From a virus: a DNA stretch of 64,000 bases. The stretch is taken from IMG/VR virus record IMGVR_UViG_3300044995_000369, positions 1 to 64,000 of that record; one strand, given 5' to 3'. Numbering within the stretch: position 1 is the stretch's first letter; each line of letters begins with the position of its first letter. This document shows, piece by piece, positions 31,201 through 39,808 of the stretch. A program made the translations under genes and the position numbers. The notes beneath the pieces were generated by a model. That model was not told the origin of the DNA, searched no databases, and worked only from the letters and a program-made list of their open reading frames with translations.

Positions 31201-34200
31201 AAAGTTTACCGGATTGTTTGGATAAAAGTTAATCTTGTCAGAAACTGATTTCGCTATAAACTGCACTTCTCCTGAGTACTTTGGGGCCTTTATGTTTATT
31301 ACCTGAGCAAAGACTGGTCTTGAAGACAAGTAGCCAAACTCTATGTCAAGTATTGCTGTTTTGCTCAAACCATTGATTCTTGGATTGTCAAACTTAGACA
31401 GATAACTGGGAGGAACCTCCATACCAAAAATTGATGTCCCTATAACAGTTTTTGGATCGTCTTTGATCTTTTCTGTCCATTCAGAAGATTTGACAATTTT
31501 GCTCCATATATCCTTTCCCACTGCTTGCTGCAACATTCTATCTGAGAAGATAGAAGCTTGATCAAGCTTCCATTTGCCATGAAAGGCAAATCTTTTATTT
31601 TCTACTAAGGATCTCGCAAAACTATCAAAGTTTTTGATTACGCATCTGTAACCGAGTCCCTTAACAATATCTGGAAAACCATATCCGGGTCTAAGGAATA
31701 TACAAGCCATCCTGTTGGTAGTGGGATCTTCCATGAAGGATAAATCGATAGATGTCTTTCCAACCAAAGAAGACAATGTTATCCCATTTTTCAAGTCTTC
31801 TGACTTCAAGTCTTTCAGAACTACAGGATACATTTTTGTAAATTTAATCCCTGCTGAAGAGTCTTTAGAGACTTTCAACATGTTAGTAAAATCCTTCAGG
31901 GGAACTATGTACTCCGTATCCTCATTTGATGAAGAACCAAAGAAAGAAGATTTGTCTTTCGAATAGATTGAAGAAGCTATAATTTTATCTCTCATTATCT
32001 TTTTTAGGTCTTCTTCACTTGTTCCTTTTTCTATTGGTTCAAATGTATTTACTATTCTTGAGTTTTCTATAACTGCTTGACCAACAACTCCCATCATGTC
32101 CAAGAGTTGCAAGGTAAATGCACAGTGGGTAGCTATTGTTCTTACAGGGTCTAAATTACCATCTAGCCATTTTGGTTTAACTACCTTAAACAAAAATACC
32201 CACTTTCCCTCTTCTATGTTTCTTACAAACTGTTCGTATGTATATGACTTTGTATGATCTATGAAAGAATACTCGTCTGTACCTTCTATACTTTCCACCA
32301 AGCACACTGGGATTTTTATTGAGGCATCCCCTGGCACTATGTTTTTTTCGCCTTTAGGGTAAGTCCACGAGGAAAGGAAGAACTTAGAAACTGAAAATGC
32401 ACTAGCCAGGCTAGCTCCATTGTCATTAGTCTTTCCTTCTAGTACAGAATTAGAAAGCTCTTTTAAGAATTCTAGTAGCGGTGTTGCACTTCTTACTTCA
32501 TACTCCGGAACTATAGAAGCATCCTCTGAAGAAAGCTTTGATGCATACAAATAGTACTGATCAACTCCATCCTTCAGTAGCTTTCTTAACTTTTCATTTC
32601 TTAGGATGGTATCTAGGATAATTCCTGCTATGCAAAAAACAGCTACAACTAGCGCCTCTTTTTCCCTTTGCGACCCATTGTATTCTACTCCTACAGCGTC
32701 CCCTATGGAAATAAGTTCCGGAATTGAGAAGATAGAAGAATTGCTAAGCAGATTATATTTTGTAGCTATGGAATTTATGAGCTCTGCATTTATAGAATCT
32801 GCATCTTCTATTGAGGAACCCAGTGGGTAGAGTATTTGCATTCCGATAACAGAGGATCCTCCCCAAAAACTTGAAATCATATTAGGCTTACTAAGTAGGA
32901 ACAATAGGGGACTTTTAATGGATGACAGCAAAAGATCGTTAAAGCTGCTTGAGATAACATCCACAAGAGAAGAGGAAAGTCCGAATTCATTGATCATTTT
33001 TCCTCTTACCCAGGATAGGTTTGATCCCTGTGCAACAAAGTTTTCGAAGGCCTCTTTGTTGCTCAAGGCCAAGCCGAGAAACTGTTTAGCAGGATTACCT
33101 TCTCCCGTGGAAAAGTTTAGCTGAGAAAGAATACTATTTATTAGTACAGGTACAGAACTATAAGAATAATTTATGTTGTTTACAAACATCCCAACAAACT
33201 CTTTGGGATCCCTAATTTCAAACTTTTTATAGTGTTCAGATCCTTCTTCAACTTTCCCGTCACCAGAAAGGAATCCATTCCACGGAATGAAGCTCACGTT
33301 ATTGGGAACGTAGTTGTAGTCTAAAGCAGGCGAAGAGCTTGAGGGATTTGGATTGAAATTCAAACCATTACCAGATACAGTAAAGTATTCCTTAACTGTA
33401 TCTGAAAATATACTTGAATCAGTAGACGGTATGACAAACTTTTTGATAGAAGCAATCTCTGAAAGAGAGTACTTCTTCTTTCCTAATATATTTGATGGGT
33501 TAGTTTGGTCAACTACTTCTATTGTGATAGTCTCAATATCTCCTGACTCTTCAGAGATTACTCTTCCTCTTACCTTTTGTGAGGTTTTGGTTACTATTTC
33601 TACCATTTCTCCACTTCTGTCCTCCCTGGTAAAGGCTATTCCAAGCAAGCCAGCTATGGATTTTTTGAAGTCTTCTACCAGTTCCACATAAAAGTGGTCT
33701 GATGTTATACAAGAGTACATAAAGTCTCCAAAAATGCCACCATTGGAGACATAGAAAGGTCCAGCAGAGTTGGTTATTTTGTCCGGATAGAAAGAAGGAA
33801 GCAAATCTCCTAATTCTATCCTTGAACTCGGAAGAGTTTCTAAGGAAGACCTTCCGAAAAGAATCCTTTTAGCAACTGAAAAAGAGAAGGCTATATCTTT
33901 TAGTTTTGTTTGTTGTACTGGTCTTGTACTTATGTTCTCTTTCGAGGGTTCTGACTCTGGTTTTATGCTTGCTGTAACATTTGGGGAGACAAAAGACGAA
34001 ACTACTTCTATAATACCTGGTCTAGCTTTAAACTCTGGACTTAGCAAGGAAGCTTCATCTATACAACTTCCTGGAACAAAGGGGTCAGTTGTATATCTTA
34101 CGCTCTGGTCTTCGCTGTATATTACTTCTCCTGGCTGAATGTCTATTACAAACGAGTTGTCCTCCGGATTGTAAAGAGACGTTTGTTTTACAGACGCATC

Positions 34201-36420
34201 TATAAAGATTTCGGAGGTGCTAGCATTGGCAGAGACAGCTGCTTTGTTTATTTCTTTTCCTATGTGTATTTTGCATTCCTTCAAGGAGCCCAAGATAAGC
34301 TTTCCTATGGCTTTCAGCCTTGTGAAAGATATAGTGTTATCAGATCTTACAATGTATAGACTCGAATCAGAGTTTATTGTCATATTATCTGTTGCTACAA
34401 GTAGCAAATCGTTTAGGGAGCAAGAAAGAAATTCGCGAGATGCTGATCTTTGCAACAGTGAGTTGTATGCTCCTTCTGACAAGTTGTCTGATACATTGGA
34501 AGATAAGTCAGAGTTTAAAGCACCAAATGAACCAGCAATCCTTCTTAGTATGTCTTTGTATATATCAAAATTTGATGTACCAATTTTGTAGTTTTTGTCA
34601 TAGATTTTTGAAATCCCAGACAAGGACACATTTCTAAGAAGGGAGCTTATAGGAATTGAATATTTTTCTTCATCGTAGCCACCAAGTCCATAAGTCAGTA
34701 TTTCTGCATCTAAAAAAGGAGCTATGTTTTCTTTGAAGACGCTTGGATCTTCTGGGGAGTAAACTCCAGGACTATCCCATCTTTTCCTTTCTGCTCCGAA
34801 AACAAGATGGGCATAAGGTGGGGTTTCATAATAAAGTATTTGCAGCTCATTAAAGTAGTTGTCTTCTGAAGGTTCTGCGTAGCCATATACAAAAGAACCA
34901 TCGGATTCTTTTCCCATATAAGAAACAAACGGAGTCCAGTAGAAGAAAGAAGGCAAGTCAGAGTAAGCCTTGATGTTAGAGCCTGACTTTATTCCTCCTT
35001 TCCACCTCGGAGAGTTCAACAGCTTCGAACTAATTACATCCTGCCAGTCTTTTTCTTTGATATACTCTCTAACTTTCAGGGCAGAAAACTGATCCAAAGT
35101 TTTTGGAGAACCATCATCTGCTTCTGCTGGTTTATTTCCTGTTTTACTTACCTGATTTATAGCAGCTCTACCCAGTATTGGAGAAGTTATCTTGTCCTTG
35201 ACTTCAGAAATAGACTTATCCAAATCACTAATTGTAAGGTTCTTTGTTCCATGTTTTACGATGGTATTTGGTACAAGATCTGTTTTTGAATATTGGGGAG
35301 TCTCTTCTACGTCATAAAATAAATCCCCAGACCAGATTGCTCTTTTCCAGTCCTCATCTAACTCGACTTGGGTAGATCCTTCTGTAACTGGCTTTTCCAG
35401 CCTAGTATCAATGTAGGAGACATAGTCTTTATTTCCTTTTTCAGTGTAAAAAAGAGGAACATTGACAATGTTAGCGAAGTCAGCCAGAATAGGAAGACTC
35501 GCTAGAGCAGAGTTTTCACTTTCATCTATTTTTGTTGGCAGCACCATTCTTGCAGCTGCAAGTGCAGAGGTGCTTTTGAGTTTTGTTCCTATAACAGAGC
35601 TTTTTGAAATGATGACTTTTTTGGCTTCTGTAAACCATTTACCAAAAATACCACCATATGCTACTCCAGCTTTTACCGGAATAAACAAAGGTCTTGTGAT
35701 TTTGCCTAGATAAAGACCACCCTTTACCATTGGTTTTTGAGGACAATTGTACATTTCCCTTCCAACTTCCACTTCTATAGAAAGAGGAAATGCTTTGTCT
35801 TCCACCAGCCCTTTTGATGCTAGTTGGGAGTCTATTGTCATAACGTCAGAAGCGTTCAAAGATTTAATCAAATCTTTAGCTCCTTCTTTGGGAACTCTTA
35901 GCGTCCAAGGAATATTAAACTGGTCAATGTATTTGTATTCTGGAGGAACCTCGTCTCCGAACTTGTTGATGGAGTCTTTTGGCATTGATACTTGATTTTT
36001 AATCGAAATTCTGGCAGCTTCTTCGAACGCTTTTTGTGCTTTGTTTTTTTGGTCAGCTATGAACTCTTGAGCTTTCTTGATTACTTCAGAAATGTCCCCA
36101 AAAGCGATATGCCTAAAAATGGAAGCAGCATGAGTTAAAGCAGTTGGGGTTATAAAATATCTGACATCATAGCCACAAATCATCTCCAGATGATTCAGCC
36201 TGTTATATACATTGTACTCTTTTGAAGGAGAAGATGCTTCTATAGAAGCATCCGTTGTATCCTTCGGAGCTAGTGGTTGATTTTTTAACCTACCAACATC
36301 CCCTTTTCCAGGAGAAGTACCATCAGTAAAAAGTGTCTTAGTAGAATCTGTGATAGCAGGAGGATTTGCACCAATTCTCCTTGCTGCCAGTTCCTTGTCT
36401 CTGAGGTTTATTTCTGCCAT
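28231..36420 (-). CDS. Giant hypothetical virion-associated protein (2729 aa)
   Basis: Long Ser-rich ORF in the tail operon, with a 1-bp gap to the upstream gene and a TAATG overlap with the downstream gene. No recognisable catalytic motif. Confidence 0.75.
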   Translation of the reverse strand: MAEINLRDKELAARRIGANPPAITDSTKTLFTDGTSPGKGDVGRLKNQPLAPKDTTDASIEASSPSKEYNVYNRLNHLEMICGYDVRYFITPTALTHAASIFRHIAFGDISEVIKKAQEFIADQKNKAQKAFEEAARISIKNQVSMPKDSINKFGDEVPPEYKYIDQFNIPWTLRVPKEGAKDLIKSLNASDVMTIDSQLASKGLVEDKAFPLSIEVEVGREMYNCPQKPMVKGGLYLGKITRPLFIPVKAGVAYGGIFGKWFTEAKKVIISKSSVIGTKLKSTSALAAARMVLPTKIDESENSALASLPILADFANIVNVPLFYTEKGNKDYVSYIDTRLEKPVTEGSTQVELDEDWKRAIWSGDLFYDVEETPQYSKTDLVPNTIVKHGTKNLTISDLDKSISEVKDKITSPILGRAAINQVSKTGNKPAEADDGSPKTLDQFSALKVREYIKEKDWQDVISSKLLNSPRWKGGIKSGSNIKAYSDLPSFFYWTPFVSYMGKESDGSFVYGYAEPSEDNYFNELQILYYETPPYAHLVFGAERKRWDSPGVYSPEDPSVFKENIAPFLDAEILTYGLGGYDEEKYSIPISSLLRNVSLSGISKIYDKNYKIGTSNFDIYKDILRRIAGSFGALNSDLSSNVSDNLSEGAYNSLLQRSASREFLSCSLNDLLLVATDNMTINSDSSLYIVRSDNTISFTRLKAIGKLILGSLKECKIHIGKEINKAAVSANASTSEIFIDASVKQTSLYNPEDNSFVIDIQPGEVIYSEDQSVRYTTDPFVPGSCIDEASLLSPEFKARPGIIEVVSSFVSPNVTASIKPESEPSKENISTRPVQQTKLKDIAFSFSVAKRILFGRSSLETLPSSRIELGDLLPSFYPDKITNSAGPFYVSNGGIFGDFMYSCITSDHFYVELVEDFKKSIAGLLGIAFTREDRSGEMVEIVTKTSQKVRGRVISEESGDIETITIEVVDQTNPSNILGKKKYSLSEIASIKKFVIPSTDSSIFSDTVKEYFTVSGNGLNFNPNPSSSSPALDYNYVPNNVSFIPWNGFLSGDGKVEEGSEHYKKFEIRDPKEFVGMFVNNINYSYSSVPVLINSILSQLNFSTGEGNPAKQFLGLALSNKEAFENFVAQGSNLSWVRGKMINEFGLSSSLVDVISSSFNDLLLSSIKSPLLFLLSKPNMISSFWGGSSVIGMQILYPLGSSIEDADSINAELINSIATKYNLLSNSSIFSIPELISIGDAVGVEYNGSQREKEALVVAVFCIAGIILDTILRNEKLRKLLKDGVDQYYLYASKLSSEDASIVPEYEVRSATPLLEFLKELSNSVLEGKTNDNGASLASAFSVSKFFLSSWTYPKGEKNIVPGDASIKIPVCLVESIEGTDEYSFIDHTKSYTYEQFVRNIEEGKWVFLFKVVKPKWLDGNLDPVRTIATHCAFTLQLLDMMGVVGQAVIENSRIVNTFEPIEKGTSEEDLKKIMRDKIIASSIYSKDKSSFFGSSSNEDTEYIVPLKDFTNMLKVSKDSSAGIKFTKMYPVVLKDLKSEDLKNGITLSSLVGKTSIDLSFMEDPTTNRMACIFLRPGYGFPDIVKGLGYRCVIKNFDSFARSLVENKRFAFHGKWKLDQASIFSDRMLQQAVGKDIWSKIVKSSEWTEKIKDDPKTVIGTSIFGMEVPPSYLSKFDNPRINGLSKTAILDIEFGYLSSRPVFAQVINIKAPKYSGEVQFIAKSVSDKINFYPNNPVNFSVALTEGAVQNKRIESNLETALNITKKLAQKNDQSLKHLNWLPAQLLQILSTSLYADSSNEGSRRLSFVLRNFSDTKVPGIERDIYFTAAFGVPAAYQKSDAEELTREIGNNHSYQDKKNKIVEMINSDKLRDVGFIKNSELTVTGKTYTDFLLRNGMYPYLPRGTKFRTLEGILNGTFDDYNSLLEGGSDHESIVDFHPLSFLTSMTNIGLSKRRAVLYGFAVLSKLLTSYKFYKDPNAVNPYAGIYVKSPGELSFSQEDVGILRQSGRKGFLKDGKPVSPSYISVVVIPDFGNIGEDIKTVFSSYLTGVTNIDENISEKSLFSFFGVGSYLGGEYVEKGQKPTILIPSDTSQSGDLSSYNSENVVLASNLLKKYYEAAKASKLYSSNNGGDDSSNTAIFLSISSGEVFPSNITRVEEIEKYISENSLSSVVIKLEIDQGSIKEFSRALDILKNEEDNRKNNRAYFFDASGGVVYYTVAILSYLKNVITIKKSDKNSGNKRNIDMLQFLFDLLSEAGGIFEYMDGSSCESDIDAVNEIDLYSLVSGAKMPSSPSSLPVRLSVLKEGKNETKVEQLFAIASKVYIGPSSTLDNKKIHVAVTNVSVGIGKNINGLTCTRSFGEGLTLCGDPESESNLLSSSLEEVPSFIPKRSPVLKTNSPGNENKPNNLLVTEKSDIHFSYLPGVNRILLAKAELKLRYLKDRYNDPAIKTYKSDSVRLSDLTLNELTYVPGEYFVKEIGGKLKSLFSGPGKDEKYCSFADLLGVEDSKRLAITKTFDSKKFMVATGHTFGKNDGTSKYYDIYATGEPLSILGVSLGGLKNSAYTSIEIDKDVEKFDKKVIAALWSLFAAKMFIGVDNIGVELSDEEFEQAQIEIGELGRVKPSISPLGPNMLRIYSDIDSYDIFERKEGNGNYIIRFKSTTVGGGSSLKLQWEQVSVGFKKSSPLSETDLALPDNAKKLGTGFKQIAKVNANTNGVRIITFDRIGVSA

Positions 36421-36421
36421 A

Positions 36422-39400
36422 TTAGAATATTATCCCTCTAGGATTTGGATCCTGTCCTCTGTAAGCATTTGGATCTTTAACTGCTTCATCCAAAACAAAC
36501 ATAGAAGGTCTTGGTGCTTTCCTAGTCAGCAAGAAAACCTCTGAAGTTTTACTGCCTGCGTTGGAAAGGAGCGGTTCTCCTGTTTCACTAGTTATTCCTC
36601 CGACCAGTTTGTCCAAATCTTCCCCATAAATGTAATCAACAGACCACTCTGGAGATTTAAAATATCTGTTGAAGCCATCTACAAGCTGAGTGTCTACTCT
36701 ATTATATACTGCTCCACCTACCGAAGTTCCTCCGTTAGCTAACACCTCATCACCTTCATATTCATCTGGATTTGCACTGATGATTTCTTTGACGTCGTTG
36801 TAAATTATTCTAGAAAGGTATTCAGCTAGTCTGTCTTTAAAAACTATGTATCTTTCTCCATTGTTATAAACTGATATGTTTTTAAGAGCAGTAGAAGGGA
36901 CTGGAGTTTCCCCACCAGTTCTTGAGCTTCTGACAATGGTTGTATCTTGGAATATTGTAGTTAAGTCTAAGCCAATGGAATCTAAGATGTTAACTGCTTC
37001 ATTTATAATAGGAACGTGAATAGCCAGGTTCCAAATTCCTTCTGCAGTGTCAAGTGCAGCACTCCCGAAAATACCGATAGTTTTTGCTGCAAGTCCAATG
37101 CCGGAAGCAGCAAGGCCAATTCCTCCTAAGGTAAGGGCAGTTCCCCCTCCTTGTATTATATTGAAAGTAAGAGCTTGCCAAACACCATCATGTTTTAGCG
37201 CCCTTAAGGATCCTGCAAATAGTCTGATTGCGATGTCTGTTTCTCTCCTATAGAAGTTTAGTCCTGCATTCGCAGAAACATTTGCTAGAGTTGTAAAAAT
37301 ATCCTTTGGCCATCTTTCATCGAATGTGAAATATGATCTATCACATCTTATAAAAGAGGTATATACCACTTTGGAGGAGGGCATAGTGGTTGCCGCTGAT
37401 ACATAGTCATTACGGCCAATTACTTGAGTAAATCTGCCACCTAAATCTCTGACTCTGTCAGAAACTATTCTTACAAGCATGCCTGGAAGTTTTTTATCTC
37501 TAAGCAATCTTGCGATAGTATCTTTGTTCCAAGTTGCTGAAAAGTTAAGGACTTTATTAAATCCAGTCTCATTAAATCCAACGATGCTGTATATATAGTC
37601 TATCTCTTCGTTTGATACGCACTCACAACCATCGAGCAAAGATGCCGCAATTGCCCTGTTTACTTTTGCGTGAGAACCAAAAGCTAGACTTAGCTCTCCG
37701 ATAGTGCTATTTGCAATAAGTTCATCCAGTCCTAGGGGAAATACTTGGACTATTACAGAATCAACTGCAAATCCATAGGCAACTTTTCCAAAGTCGTCTT
37801 GAAGATCTATTTCGTAATTTACAACTTTATCACTATTGCTAAGAATTCCTAACGTCACCGTTTCAAAGACGTTAGACAAAAAGGAGCTAGCACCAAAAAT
37901 AATATCCAATGGGCCAAGAGGAGTCAGAAGGTACCAAGCTTCTGCTTCGTACTTTGAGACTAAATCTATGGGAGATACTTTGCTTGCGGTAGGAGTTGCG
38001 GACTTAGCCACCTTGACGTAGGATCCATCAAAAGTCTGCTTTAGTGGTACTAGCGAACTATACTCATCTGGAAGAGATATCCTGTTTTCAATAATAGACA
38101 AAAAGTCACCTTGCTGAATAAGAGGATAGTCTTCTATAAGAACCCTTTTTGTTTTATCATCCAAGTCTTCTGTTTTAATGGTAGGTATAGGCATATAGAA
38201 CATCGACCTAACAGGTGCCCTTATGAAGCCCCCTGTTCTTTCATCGTAATCTCTATACATAGCAACCGTCATAAAAGCTGCCATGAGAGTAGAACCAGTG
38301 ACAGAGTGAGTATCTTCTTCCTGGAAAGTATAATCCCCAGAATTTTTAATACGGGCAGGAAGAAGTGGATCTTGTCCAAAAGAATCACCTACCGTACCAG
38401 GCATTGCAGGTACAGGTATAAGCCAAGAGTAAGATAAAGCTCTGTGAGTAGGAAGAGCTCTACTGATAAACGGTGTATTTGCAATTAGGAAATCAGGATC
38501 GGGAAATAGATTCTTCCATACTCCCCTCAGAGTTGTGCGAGTAGGAATTTCTCCACGTTTATACTCCCTATACTGATATGGCTTATTTTCTTTTATAATG
38601 TTTTCAGCAGTTTCTGCTGGGGAATCGATTTCATAATAAACAGTATTGTATTGAAGAGGGATAATGTCAGGTACACCATATTGTTCAACTTTTACTGGGG
38701 TAAGACATAATTCTGGTCCCCAACCAGCAATAGCTGGAGGAAGTGATCCTATAAATCCTATGTTGTTAGGATTTAAAGCTACTGGTATACTTACATCTTT
38801 GATTAGAACTTTCATATTGCTTTTAAGAAAGTTCATAAAAGAATCCATAAAGTTTCTAACAGTCGCATCGAAGTCTATTCTCTTCTTACCCAACAATGAA
38901 CCGGTTTCTGGGTTGTCTCTGATTGGCCTTCTTCTACCAAACCAGCTAATGACTCTTATTTGTGTAGCACCATCCGCAAGTATTGCCTTACTGGATGTGT
39001 CAAAGGTTACATCTTCAAAGACATCTATTGCTGGCTCTGGGTCTGTTATATCGCCAGATACGATTATCAGCTTCGGTAAGTCCCAGTCTCTCCCAGTAAT
39101 AATTTCTGTGTTTATCCTTTTCAGACTCTGATCCACAATTCTAGCTGCTTCTGTAGGACCATATTTGCTGAGTAGCCTTACATTTATGTCTGCTGCTAAG
39201 AGATTATTTCTTTGAGAAACGATATCCTTTATCAGCTCTCTTTGGTAGTTTTCTTTAGCCAACAAAGTTTTATACTTTGCAATTGTTGCAAGAAGTTCAT
39301 TTGTTTTAGTTTCGAAGACATATAGGTTACCCCTAACTATATACTTACCCTCAAGAATGTCATCAAAGTATTGTGAGGCATAGTGGTAAACTGGGGTCTT

Positions 39401-39631
39401 ACTGTTTTCTTCTCTGTGTTCAATGCCTACTATTTCAGATATCCAGATTGGACCAAAGAATACACTGCACCTAACGGAAGATTTATGGTTGGACTTGTAG
39501 GGATCATAAAAAGTGGGGTCTTTAGACTGCTGAGTAGTGTCGGCTATACCAAACTCATCAGTCCTAGTGACAGCCTTTATTGATGCCCTGGTAGCATCTA
39601 GTTTGTCTTGGAATTGTCTAGTATCTGCCAA
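36422..39631 (-). CDS. Tail/baseplate protein with an N-terminal tail-tube-like domain (1069 aa)
   Basis: The N-terminal VFFGPIWISEIVGIEHREENSKTPVYHYASQYFDDILEGKYIVRGNLYV parallels the tube protein segment (LTREKVPVYTFGS...RGKRACAGSMQF). TTG start. Confidence 0.6.
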   Translation of the reverse strand: MADTRQFQDKLDATRASIKAVTRTDEFGIADTTQQSKDPTFYDPYKSNHKSSVRCSVFFGPIWISEIVGIEHREENSKTPVYHYASQYFDDILEGKYIVRGNLYVFETKTNELLATIAKYKTLLAKENYQRELIKDIVSQRNNLLAADINVRLLSKYGPTEAARIVDQSLKRINTEIITGRDWDLPKLIIVSGDITDPEPAIDVFEDVTFDTSSKAILADGATQIRVISWFGRRRPIRDNPETGSLLGKKRIDFDATVRNFMDSFMNFLKSNMKVLIKDVSIPVALNPNNIGFIGSLPPAIAGWGPELCLTPVKVEQYGVPDIIPLQYNTVYYEIDSPAETAENIIKENKPYQYREYKRGEIPTRTTLRGVWKNLFPDPDFLIANTPFISRALPTHRALSYSWLIPVPAMPGTVGDSFGQDPLLPARIKNSGDYTFQEEDTHSVTGSTLMAAFMTVAMYRDYDERTGGFIRAPVRSMFYMPIPTIKTEDLDDKTKRVLIEDYPLIQQGDFLSIIENRISLPDEYSSLVPLKQTFDGSYVKVAKSATPTASKVSPIDLVSKYEAEAWYLLTPLGPLDIIFGASSFLSNVFETVTLGILSNSDKVVNYEIDLQDDFGKVAYGFAVDSVIVQVFPLGLDELIANSTIGELSLAFGSHAKVNRAIAASLLDGCECVSNEEIDYIYSIVGFNETGFNKVLNFSATWNKDTIARLLRDKKLPGMLVRIVSDRVRDLGGRFTQVIGRNDYVSAATTMPSSKVVYTSFIRCDRSYFTFDERWPKDIFTTLANVSANAGLNFYRRETDIAIRLFAGSLRALKHDGVWQALTFNIIQGGGTALTLGGIGLAASGIGLAAKTIGIFGSAALDTAEGIWNLAIHVPIINEAVNILDSIGLDLTTIFQDTTIVRSSRTGGETPVPSTALKNISVYNNGERYIVFKDRLAEYLSRIIYNDVKEIISANPDEYEGDEVLANGGTSVGGAVYNRVDTQLVDGFNRYFKSPEWSVDYIYGEDLDKLVGGITSETGEPLLSNAGSKTSEVFLLTRKAPRPSMFVLDEAVKDPNAYRGQDPNPRGIIF

Positions 39632-39725
39632 CTTAGTACCCTTCAGCTACTTGTTAAGTATATCTGATCTATCTTGTCTAAAAGCATTTTGGATAGAGGT
39701 ACCTCATATAGCTTGTTTGCTTAGA

Positions 39726-39753
39726 TGTTTAGCACACATTTAGTGCTTGTCAA
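39726..39753 (-). promoter_or_regulatory. Sigma70-like promoter for the leftward tail operon
   Basis: Minus strand TTGACA-N16-TAAACA with an extended TG, in the divergent intergenic region 39632-39808. Confidence 0.4.
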
Positions 39754-39808
39754 CACAGGTGGGCGTAAGACACAGACACCGACTACCCAATAAGGAGATG
39801 AAGTAAAG

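Noticed and set aside
1049-39743. Numerous short plus-strand ORFs (60-190 aa) in the ORF track
   Set aside because: They are antisense shadows of long minus-strand genes, Ser/Leu/Phe-rich, with no recognisable motifs.
39632-39808. tRNA, structured ncRNA or LexA box in the divergent intergenic region
   Set aside because: Only short hairpins (GAGGTACCTC; AGCAC...GTGCT) are present. I found no cloverleaf or SOS box that I can support.
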